A DNA stretch of 64,000 nucleotides from the human T2T-CHM13v2.0 reference genome, Homo sapiens. The notes below the pieces were generated by a model. The model saw only the letters and a list, made by a program, of their open reading frames with translations, was not told the DNA's origin and did no database searches. The translations under genes were made by a program, and so were the position numbers. Within the stretch, counting starts at the first letter, position 1. Each line of letters begins with the position of its first letter. The stretch lies in the NCBI RefSeq assembly GCF_009914755.1, contig NC_060938.1. One strand, written 5' to 3'. Below are positions 51,580 through 62,390 of the stretch, piece after piece.

Positions 51580-52092
51580 TTCTGGTTACACTGTAAAGTT
51601 TGAGGTAAACTAAAATAATAAAAGTAAAATTTATTATCTCACAGTTTCTATAGGTCAGAATTTGACAGCAGCTTAGTTGAGTGATTCTGGCTTAAGGTGT
51701 CTGATGAGTTGCAGTTGGTATGAACTACGGCTGCAGTCATCTCAGTGCTATCTAGACCTGGGAGATCTGATTACCTGGAAATCTTTCACTCACATGGATG
51801 TTGACTGGAAGCATCAGTTACTCTCTGGCTCAGTTCCTTGCCTTATGTATGTTTCCATAGAACTTCTTAAGTGTCTTCATGACATGAGTCTAGCTTGCTC
51901 GAAATGAGTGGTCCGAGAGAGAGCACCTTTTATGACTCAGTCTCTAAGTCCACACACTGTTCCTTCTACCGTGTTTTACTCTGTAGAATCAAGTCACTAA
52001 GTCCAGCCCACAATCAAGGTTGAAGAATCAAACCTCACCTCTTACACAGAGGAGTTTCAAAGTATTTTTAGATATTTTATAGCTCCATCATA
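51580..52092 (-). mobile_element. MLT1 (F/G/H-like) LTR
   Basis: TTTATTATCTCACAGTTTCTATAGGTCAGAATTTG...GGCTGCAGTCATCT...AAGTCACTAAGTCCAGCCCACAATCAAGG. Confidence 0.8.
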
Positions 52093-52119
52093 ATCTTCCT
52101 ATTCAGGGACTAGAATGAA

Positions 52120-52450
52120 TGCACAAAAAATATGCTTATTAAATTTGCAGATAACACAAAGCTAAGAGAGGTATCTCCTACCAGAAACAAAAAATCCTAG
52201 AGTTAAACATTTTCTTACCATGTTTGGATGCTGTTATGAAACAAAAAGAATACATTTAATGAGATATAAATACCTGTTGGACGTTCATAAAGTATGTTGT
52301 ATGAATGCAACGTGGAACAATTTCTTTGGGAAGCCATTCAACTAGAAACTGGCTTGAGTTTTAGTTAGAAACAAGCCTAATATGCGGTCCTGTTATGATG
52401 TGGTTGTTGAAGCAACGGTTGCAAATCAGTATACTAGTCAGGCCTCCTGT
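52120..52450 (+). mobile_element. CR1/L3 RT remnant
   Basis: ATTAAATTTGCAGATAACACAAAGCTA translates IKFADNTKL (cf. CR1 KFADDTKL motif). Confidence 0.7.
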
Positions 52451-54066
52451 GGGTGGTGACTAGAACAGTGATTGTTACTTTTAGATATTTTGGGAATAAT
52501 AAATTCATTCTTAGGCAAGGGGGTTCAAGGATGGTCTAAAATGTCTACAATTTTATAAACACTGGCAATTCTATAGGATGTATACAGAAGGGTTACTATG
52601 TCATAAGTTTCTTGAGCATCGGAGATATTAATAATAGCATGACTTTCCTGTTGTCGGGATGACAATGTTCCTGTGTTGTGCAGCGGAATTGTCCTCCCAA
52701 ACCTCCTCCCTGTCCTCTGAGCTGTGTGGGGACACCACATATGTATGTTTAAATGAACAGAATTTTAAAAAATCAAATATTCTGGCATTCTGGCTTCAAA
52801 AACCTTGCGTTTGATGTTCTCTACTTAGAAATAAATAACCAAACATGAGAGGAATGAGAGGAGATGGGGATGGGGAGTGGGAGGAAGAGGGTAGATAGAA
52901 ATAAAAGGAAGAACAACATTACAGAGAAGCGGAGATGACACAGAGGGTGGACACGTGGGAAGGCCTGGATCACAGGGGAAAGAGTGAGCCCCAAAATAAC
53001 ACTGTGGCTTTTGCAGCAAGGAGGAAATAAGTGATAAGAGGAAAGGCACCTGGGGAAATCTTGAAGGGATCATATGTCAAACGGCTGAAGAGCAAACATT
53101 AAAGCTTTATTTTGAAAAGGATATTTGAAAATATTTGACACCAAAAATTCTGTAGGGAAGTAATTCTTGTGGAGTTTGCCTTCTTTTTAGTTTAACTCTT
53201 CTGAATCAGGTACTTGTTATAACAAATCATATATTGAGGGATTATTTTGTGCCACAGATTTGCAACATGCTTTATATACATTTCCTTTTAATTCTCACCG
53301 CAATCCCATGTTGCAATTATTATTACGATCCCCTTTTAAATATGAAGAAACTAAAACTTAACTTAAAATGCACTAAGACATGGCTAAAACTAAGCATGGT
53401 TACCAGAAAGGAACAAGACAAAATTCAGACATTGAAATCAACTACTGTAGCTTCAGTGCATATTTCAGAATAATTGTGGAAGGAAAAAAAAAGTGACATT
53501 TGAGGAAAGAAAGCAAATTTTACAGTCAGTTTATGTTTTGTTAATTTATAACATGGCCTTTTTGAGAGGGGCTCTTAAATAAAGAATTGGTGCCAGGTTA
53601 ACCTGGCATACTGAAGAAAGTTTCATTTGAAGTTGCTTGAAAATATTCTCTTAAATTATAGGAATGAATAAAGAGGTTGCAGTCGCCTGGGCCTAGTTTT
53701 ATTAACCTAACTGGGATTGAAAGTATCCTTGATAGAGGAGGAGAAATGAGCTTCAGGAAGTGAGTTACAAATGGCCTCAAAGTACTGAGAAAGGATAATG
53801 ATTGGTAAAATATGTTGTAATTATTGCATCAAAGTAAATCATTTTAGTACATAATACCTCAGCAGAAATGGATTTTTGATTTGTTTAGGATATGAAAGAG
53901 AAGTCTAATATTAACATGTATGCACAAAACATGTATATTCAACCAGCAACAGACAGCAAGGAATAGGGGCATGAACATTCGGATAGCTGGACGTAATACA
54001 CCAGGGTTACATCTCCGGCATGGTTCCATTCCCATTCCATAGCCTATAAGATATTTGGACATGATA

Positions 54067-54308
54067 GGCCAGGTGTGGTGGCTCTTGCCTGTAATCCCAG
54101 CACTTTGGGAGGTCGAGGCGGGTGGATCACGAGGTCAGGAGTTGGAGACCAGCCTGGCCAACACAGTGAAACCCCATCTCTCCTAAAAATTAGCTGGGCA
54201 TGATGGTGCATGCCCATAGTCCCAGCTACTCGGGAGGCTGAGGCTGCAGTGAGCCAAGATCACACCACTGCACTCCAGCCTGCCTGTCTCAGAGAAGAAA
54301 AAAAAAAA
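54067..54308 (+). mobile_element. AluS (Sg/Sc-like) with several internal deletions, 19-bp TSD
   Basis: GGCCAGGTGTGGTGGCTC...GGATCACGAGGTCAGGAG; TSD AAGATATTTGGACATGATA (54048-66) / AAGATAGTTGGACATGATA (54307-25). Confidence 0.95.
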
Positions 54309-56073
54309 GATAGTTGGACATGATAACTACATGTCTACAGGCTCATCAGAGAGAGAGCACAGGCAGAGGCTAGAGCTCAATGCAAATATCGAGACTGAAA
54401 AAGGTTTTGGAAGGCTCTCAAGGCAAGGATTTACCCTGACTCCCATCCCCCTGCTGTTCAAGGCTCCTTGCTGGGAGAAAGAACTTTCTTTTCTAAGCCT
54501 TAGGTGAGTGTTAGGGAAGGATCCTAAGAATTAAAACAAATCACAGGCTCTCTCAACTCCCAACCTCTTTTGATTCCCCACAAGCTAAGCCCTTGCCTGA
54601 GTTATTGCATTTAATTTGGATAAAACCATGCAATATAGATATTACCTTTTTTAAAAAAACAAAAAACAGATGAAGACACCAAGAGTCATCTAGATTAAAT
54701 AAATTGCCCAAGTTCACAGAACTGATAAATGTCTGGACTTGATTCAAAGTTTGTCTGACTCCATATCCAATATTCTTTTCACTCATGTTTGGGCCATCTT
54801 TGCTTAAACAGATCAACTAGCACAGCCTAGAGTTGGTAAACCCATACTACAACTTTAATTTAGGAAGGAAATGATACTGTCTGCTCGTATATATTTGCCA
54901 TTATCAGAACATATCCAGAAGACATGTAGAGGTGAGCTTTATCAGCCAACTTGGTGTACGACAGGGTGATTTGCACTTCTTTCCAGGGTCTCCCTGGCTC
55001 AAGGAGCCACTTAAAAAGCTCCCTTACTTAATAATGCCCTTGTGCTCTGGGTCTATTAATTTACTTCCCACAAGCTGATCAATTTTCTGTTCCAAGACAT
55101 TAATTTCTTTACCTTGGCACATTAAAGGATCAAAGCTCACAACATATAAATAGTTCTTTTTCCTTCTGCCCCAAAGGTGTGTAGTGAGGATTAATGAGAT
55201 GATGCTTATAATTGCATTTTGAGCTCCTTGGTCGAAAGGCACTTTATAAATACAAGATATTAGTTTTTTGCTGAGATCCATCTATCACTTACAAGTGGCC
55301 AAACATTCTAGATGGCCTTTGGGTGTGCAACACCTCCCTCTCTGACTCTGAGTTGGTCTGGGACAATGCCAGAAATGTGGCTCAAGCCAAGTTCAGAGTT
55401 TCTGGAGTTCCCTTCCTTTAGTGTCATATACTTTCTCTGAAACTTAACTTAGAAAGTGTTCTTTGGGGGAAGAGACATGGCAATAACCTCTAAACTGCCC
55501 TAGTACTTGAGGGCAGCAGTACCACTACATTGATTTTCTTTTGCCTCTGACTTTAATACATAGCATTTATTCTTTGACTGTTCATTAGACCCACAGTCTG
55601 ATTTTTTAGTGTCAACAAAGCAATAAAGAAAATTTGTTCCTCCTTTATTTCAGGGCTCAAGACAAAATTCAAAAATGCCTTTGGCATTCATTTTGCACAG
55701 ACGAATGTTGTTAGGATATTCCTATTAGCATGTCCACGTGCTTGACAACATTTCAGGTGGTATTAATAGTCTACCTGCAAGAAAGTGCTTTCTGCCAGCC
55801 TGGTGCAAATTGGCAGAACCTTTAAGCCACTCTTTCTCAGCTTAGCAGCAGTATATCATCATTACCTGTGGCTGGACCAAGAAATCACATTTGTCAATGC
55901 CTGAATTGCTCTTTTACTTTCAGTGGTTTTAGAAATCCACTTTGTTTTGGAAATGGGCTTAGCTGAGTATGTTAGAAGATACAGAAACATATAAAGTGAT
56001 AGATAAGGGATTTAAGGGAATATTAAGGATGTTACATTTTCTATGGTCAGTTGATCTTTGGAAGATGACTTTT

Positions 56074-56167
56074 GTGGGACCAAATAGAATATGGTCATCT
56101 TTTGAATGAAGGACTGGTAAGTGGGACCAAATAGAATATGGTCATCTTTTGAATGAAGGACTGATAA
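56074..56167. repeat. 47-bp tandem duplication
   Basis: GTGGGACCAAATAGAATATGGTCATCTTTTGAATGAAGGACTG(G/A)TAA x2, 46/47 identical. Confidence 0.96.
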
Positions 56168-56289
56168 GGTAGTGAGACAAGGGAAGCATACCGTGGAACT
56201 AATGAGCTTCCTTCTGATCACTAGAAAAGAGTCGAGTCATATTAATAATGATAGTTTAAATATGCTGTACTCCCTATTATTCTATACTA

Positions 56290-56430
56290 AGTCCTATGGT
56301 AAATTGAGAAATGGGGAAACTGAGGCCAAGTGACTTGCCCACGATCACACAGCTAATAAGTGATAAAGTTAGAACTCAGGACCAGATTTGTCTCCAGAGC
56401 CCATGGTCTTAACTCCTATGCTGTATTGAT
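56290..56430 (-). mobile_element. MIR SINE
   Basis: ATGGGGAAACTGAGGCCAAGTGACTTGCCCACGATCACACAGCTAATAAGT...CTCCAGAGCCCATGGTCTTAAC. Confidence 0.85.
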
Positions 56431-59400
56431 TATGGCTTTAAGAGTATTAGTATACCTTCTAATTAAATAGGACCCATGTTTGGACCAATAAAGTGTAAGC
56501 GCAGTGTTGTAAAAGTTATTTTCCATGTTATACAAGAGTTCTATTTTTCAGTTTTTTCACTTGAAATAATTGTATTCCTTGGAGACTGTTAATAAATTTC
56601 GAGTCTCACCTTAAAGAGGAATTGATGTATATTGAGGCCTACTCAAGGGTCAGTTTGCTTTCCGTTTCTTTCCCTTTTACTTTTATCCTAAGTGGATTCA
56701 CCCAAAGTGGAAAATGTGAGGTTGGAGTGTAAAGGTTGGAACTATGAACCAGTTGGGCTTCAATACTTTCACCTCAAAGTATTCTGTTCTTCACAATATT
56801 ATAATTCCACAGTGCATGTGCTTGTTGCACACGTCTCCAGGAATTGAAATACTTGATATTAGAGCCAGTGGTCCAAATGAAAATGACCAGAAGAGGCCAA
56901 ATGTATAATGTTCTCAATCCCTTATCAAAAATAGATGGGAATAAACACACATATATTTAAGTACAATAAAATGTGACTAATATGTTTTTTTCTAAAACCC
57001 AGTCCCATATAGGTGTCGGATCCACAGAAGTAATTTAAGAATGGTTTATTTGAAGATCTCTTTGTATAATTTATAGATTTCTCAGTGTGATTAAGAAATG
57101 AAGTTATTACATTTTTTTCTCTAATTAGTAATGCACGTATGCCTCCTTTTAATGATATTATGATGTTTACTACTCATAGGGCCATTCTTTCTTGAGTATA
57201 GCCATCACTTTCTGTTGAAGAATTGATTTCACTCTTTGTTTAAATGTACATACTTGTTGCTATATGAAATATATGACTGAATATCATTAAAGATTTAGCA
57301 AGAATGTAGGTGAATTTGGTGAGGTTTGTTCAGCTTTTAGAGTAGCCCTGTATAAGAATACTTATATTTAGAAGGTTGTTTGCGCTTCAGTCAAACTAGC
57401 AAATGAGGCATGGGGCAAATAACTCATTCTCATGCACATGTTTCTAAAACAGTTCTTACTAATGTTTGAGATAAATTAAAATAAACACCAACAAGAACAT
57501 GAAAAGAGACTAAGAACAATGTTAATGCGGCAACTTAAACAAATTTGGTTTTCCAAATGACCTTCCATCTTTCACAACTTTTAACAGCATGCAAGATTGC
57601 TATCCTTAGTGCCAGATACTATCAATCTGGTGTGGAAAACTTAAAACTTTTTTCTAAATGTCTTTAAAGCTGAGGTGGAGAAGAATGACTCTCTGTCACT
57701 TTCAGAAGGGTCTAAGGTTGAATCATGACCATGCTGTCCTTCCCCATGTCACTTACTGTTTATCTAACATAGTTATCTCTTTTTCTAGCCTGTATCATGC
57801 CCCCAGATTATTTTCTATGGTGCTTTACGTTTGAAAGAGAGTAGATGATGAGGGTGGGGATGCTTAGGAGGGACAAGGGCCCTGTGTATTTGGAGGAAGT
57901 AAATTAATACAGCTTCTTAATTAATTTGGTGTATATTAAATTCTAGAAATTTGGAATTTTAGTTACTTCTGATTTTGCCCTGCATTTTGCTAAGAATATT
58001 TAGCTTTATACTTGCTATCGACTACACCAATCTATTCCGTAGTGAGTAGAATGAAGGTCATTAATATATTTAATGTGTAGCCAACAATGGCAGATACAGA
58101 AAACCCAAAGTAATAGAATACATTCAAGGCAGATCTGGCGCAAGCCAATTACCTTTTCTCAGTATAGTATTCTGTTGTGTCTAAAACCCTAGAGGATGAA
58201 TGACATCCTTTATGATATCTGTCACCTGTAGGGTAGGATTATGAGTTATAGATGTATATTCGTTTCAAAAAGGTACACGTTCTTTTTCTATGAAAACGTC
58301 TAAAAAGTTTACTCAACTTTATTTTGAATGAATAGAATGTTGTACCAAGATCTACCAAGGTAGACCATTATAATGATCTCTAATCGATAGCTATATTCTT
58401 TCGCCATGGGCTATTGAAACACCAAGAAATTAACTTGCCTGTCTCTTTTTCCTCTTTGCCTGCCCTCTCCATTTTTTTCTATGAGAAATGATTCCTTGAG
58501 GAAAATTTTAAATTATCCACTGCAGTTCGAAACTGTTAATTGTTCCTATTGCATTTTATTTTTCAATACATTAATATGTTATACCCTGTACCAACCAGAT
58601 ACAGTCCCAAAACATAGGCTAGAAGCAGATTCATAGTTGCCTCTTTTATGAGTTCTTATTTTAAAAATTCCTGGTAGTAAAGATATGAGTCAGCTTGTTA
58701 GAATAATTTGTCTGTATGAGAAGTGAATGGGGAACCTTGTGAACATCCTCCAATATTGCTACCCGTTTCCTATCCTATACCCCCACCCTCACAACACAGA
58801 AGGTAGGTACCAGTTTATTCCCAGGTGGAATCTCCTCAGCCAATAATGACTCCTATATGGAGATGGCCCTGCAATTGAAATGCTTTAGCATGCCCCTATT
58901 CATTTGGTCTGATGCTATATGCAATTCTAATATTCTTTATGGCTTTTAGAATTCTTTGTAAATTGTTTCCAAGCCACCTGGTTTGAGATTTTTCTTTCAT
59001 TTTTAATATTGGTAGTTTGGAATGGAGTTCCCCAAGTTGCAATATAGGCCTATGAATCAAAAGTAATGAATTACAATTCACTAATTTCTGCCAGATCAAT
59101 GTGAGGTTGGTTGATGAGATAGAACAGTTCCCAAGGCATGGCTTCATCATTTTGTTATTTGAAGCATATTCATTAAGGGTGTATCTCCACAGCACCACTC
59201 TCCAAGTCTGTCCTAATTATGGAAACCATTCAGCAGTGTTAATAACAGTTACGAAGGAAGAGGGGGGGCATACTGGCAGTTAAAACCACTATGTTTGAGC
59301 CTTGAAACTAATTAGATATTTCATGCTTGGAAGAAGTATTCCTAACAGGCTTTATGAATGGATGCTTGTTCAGAAAGGTCCTCTTACAGTAAGGTAAGAG

Positions 59401-60227
59401 AAAGAGAAAGCAGGAGGGAGAGAGGAAAGGAGGGAAGTGGAGGGAGGCTAAATATACAAAATCAGTGTCTATTATAAAATATCGGTGCTCAAAAGTCTAC
59501 AAATGTTGTACCACTATATTATAATTACCTCTATTTCCTTTGACATTTGAGTTTCCTTATTTTTAAAAATGTGGAACAAATCTGGAAAGATAGTGATATA
59601 AAAGCTTATCTGTACTGATCTACCTCTTTGACAAAGATAATGAGATGCAAGGACATCCTTTATGTAATAAGAAGTCTCCCTTGGCCATCAAGGCTTAAAT
59701 TGTCCTCTCCTCCTTTCCCCTGTCGGAACATAAAGCTGTTGCAAACACTTGAGAGGAGAAGAAAAGAAGGACATGGCCCTATGTTTCTGATGGGAATACG
59801 GTAGATTAATAGTGCAGCTTGCGTGACTGTGGAGCGAGGGTCCCGTCTCACATGTGAAACTGATCTGGCAGGTGAATTAGTCATGGGTCAAGGAGATCCT
59901 TGTGTCTCAACTGGCCCAATTAAGGTGTGGTTGAGATGAGACAGAGAGAGAGTGAAGGTAAATCCATTTCCGTAAACGGCCAGACCTCTTAAGGATTCCC
60001 ATTCCATGCCACTTTTCCAAAACATGATGGAGTACTGCATGGCTAAGACTAACCTGACCTTTAAACCTATCGACCAAGGGCAGAGTGACTTCAACTCCAC
60101 CTCTACTAAAGATAAATTGATATCTATCTCTAAAAACTTCATAAAACAAACCAAAAAACCTAGGATGTTTTTTAATGACTTATTGACTTTTCAGATTGTT
60201 CTTTAAGCTGTTTTTTAAACTTTAAAG

Positions 60228-60317
60228 GCAACACTGATAATGAACGCTTCCAAATGGTAAAACAGAAAATCCCCTTCAAATATAATCGGCCTGTAGAGGA
60301 GTGGCTGCAGGAAAAAG
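60228..60317 (+). CDS. NRXN3: Neurexin-3 alternatively spliced SS4 (AS4) cassette exon; 90 nt / 30 aa, symmetric phase 1
   Basis: Acceptor TTTTTTAAACTTTAAAG|GC, donor AAAG|GTAACC; translates (G)[29 protein letters not shown](G), the recognisable neurexin SS4 insert, in frame with the upstream exon. Confidence 0.97.
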
Positions 60318-60530
60318 GTAACCGTCATTAAAACTTTCATTTTAAAATCATTTGATCCTAAACCCTCATTTTTAAAGCCTGCAAATAAATGTTCCTTAAA
60401 TGATAATCGCCTGCTGCATAAATGACTGTTTTAATTTTCATTATAATTTGTGTCAGCTTCCACCTGCCATATGTTGATAAATCATGCTATAATACATTGC
60501 CATTAAAATACAGTTAAAGGGACTAACTTC
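60318..60530 (+). promoter_or_regulatory. Intronic splicing-regulatory region downstream of SS4: dense UWAA (STAR-family KHDRBS) motifs, YCAY motifs and ACUAAC
   Basis: About 11 TTAA/TAAA sites in about 200 nt; TCAT at 60325, 60337, 60348, 60366; ACTAAC at 60522; SAM68/SLM1/SLM2 control of neurexin AS4 through AU-rich intronic elements is established. Confidence 0.75.
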
Positions 60531-61822
60531 TAGCCTGCTATCAGCATGACAAACACAAACAAGAAATTCCAGGAACTTCTAAAACAGAAATGTATTATGG
60601 CAATTTAACCACTGCATGACATTATTTATTAATTTGTTTTAAATTACCTTTTACACCAAAGCTTTCTAAAGAAATTCCAAAAGGGCTTTTTAAACTTACA
60701 CCTGGAGGCTGTTTTGGCTTGTAGCATGCTTAACAAAACAAAAAACAAACAAAAAAACAAACAAACAAAAAACCATAGATTGACTCTTGTAACTTAAACT
60801 ACTTAAATATTGTAAGGGGAGCATTTTTTTTTAACATTTGTTCTTAAAGAAAAAAATGAAAAAGATGAATTTTGCCTTTAAAACCTACAGAGGCAAAATT
60901 ATTTTCTAAGAGATTAAGGTTGTGTCCTAGTTGCTGACTGAAACTAAAAACAAAAACAAACTTATTTTACACTTCGGTTGTGTGCATACACTTGTGTATT
61001 TGATGTTTTATGCAACAAAAGTGTAAGAAGTTAACATAATGAGTTGGAAAAGAAAAGGTTCATGAAAGGCAAAACAGCAGTCTCTGATTTGCTGGAGACA
61101 ACAACCACTGTTAATAAAAGAGGGCAGCGGTTATAACTGATGTTAGAATTTTCCTGTATAGCTTCTAGCTGTTAGAAAATAAACCATTGTTTTTCAATGA
61201 AAAACAGTCTCTAAGAAGATACGTATTCTTTGTTGTTGTTGTTGTTGAGCCAGTGTAAGCTACTCTTGTCTCAACACCTAAAGGGAGCTCTTAACATTTG
61301 TAGAGATTTCATTGAGTTATATAGAAGAAGTAACCAGGTATATTACTTAGTATACAACTTAAAGAGCAAAGGACTACTACAGTTTTAAGTTGGAGGAAGA
61401 CATTCAGACCTTTAAACGTGGAAAATCCTCACGGAGTGTTAACTGTTTGCCCTGTTTTTAATGTATGTGGTCTAATTAAAAATAAGAATAACTCTAAAAA
61501 GCAAATAATTTTGTTTAGTAATCATCAGCTCATAAAGTCCCTTTAACATTAAAGACAATGATTGCCTCACTTTAAACAGGAAAAGCAAACTAGATGCATG
61601 TCTGAGTCTCATGTGCCTGAGAAACCTTTTTGTTTCTTTCAATTTTATGTTAATAATTTTTATTTTACTCCATTGCCTTTTAAGTCTAAGTTTAATAGCA
61701 TGCCAGGCATTTTCATTTGTATAAACCATTATAAAGTTATTAGTAGGCTTTTAGTTTTTCTTACAATAGAATTGTTACCCGTTGGCTTTCACATAAAAGG
61801 TGCTTTCAAATATACAAGTTGA

Positions 61823-61864
61823 GGGGTTGGGATGGGGGGAGGGGTGGCTGAGGTGGGACTGGGG
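61823..61864 (+). other. Potential G-quadruplex / G-run cluster
   Basis: GGGG-TT-GGG-AT-GGGGGG-A-GGGG...GGG-ACT-GGGG. Confidence 0.7.
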
Positions 61865-62199
61865 AAGATATCCTAGTTTCTTAAATATATGTATGATTAT
61901 ATATGCATATAAATCTGAAAAGAATTATTTGCAAACCGTGAGTTTCTCTTCTACATTTTGTTCTCTGAAAAAAAATTTTTGTTGTAATTTGGGTGAGTAA
62001 CATCTATGCATTCTATTGTCTTACCTCTTCCTCTGCCTAGCTAACCTTCCCTTCAAAAGGAATAAAATATACCAAAGACTTGTAAAGACAATGAATATAA
62101 AGGATAAAGATAGATGGATGATTAGACAGATGCATTTGGACGTATTTGGAATGCCTCTTTGGAGTTATTTCTGTCACTGGGGTGGAGAGCTGGGTCATA

Positions 62200-62390
62200 G
62201 CATTCCCAAGTCTCTTTTCTGGCTCTGTCTACTATTGACTAACTTTCTGACCTTAGACAATCCACTTAACCTCTCTATATCTCAGATTTCCCATCTGAGG
62301 ACGGGCAAAATAATACTGCCTATTCCCCAAGGGTGTTCTGAGGTTTAATTAATTAGTCTTTGTGCAACACTGACTGGAGACATGCAAAGA
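62200..62390 (+). mobile_element. MIR SINE
   Basis: CTGGCTCTGTC...TGACCTTAGACAATCCACTTAACCTCTCTATATCTCAGATTTCCCATCTG. Confidence 0.8.

Larger units (their letters stand above)
31998..60227 (+). other. NRXN3: NRXN3 intron between the LNS6 exon and the SS4 exon (28,230 nt, GT-AG, phase 1)
   Basis: GT at 31998, AG at 60226-60227; joining gives ...CCT ACA G|GC AAC (P-T-G-N), in frame. Confidence 0.93.

Noticed and set aside
56074-56167. CRISPR-like or prokaryotic repeat system
   Set aside because: Two abutting copies with no spacer in clearly primate intronic DNA; no prokaryotic features anywhere in the window
59902-59943. TGTCTCAAC...GTTGAGATGAGACA hairpin as a pre-miRNA
   Set aside because: Stem is only 7-9 bp, far too short for a Drosha substrate
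60251-60262. Internal ATG|GTAAAA donor inside SS4
   Set aside because: Weak and would give a 29-nt frameshifting exon; explained by the Met-Val-Lys codons
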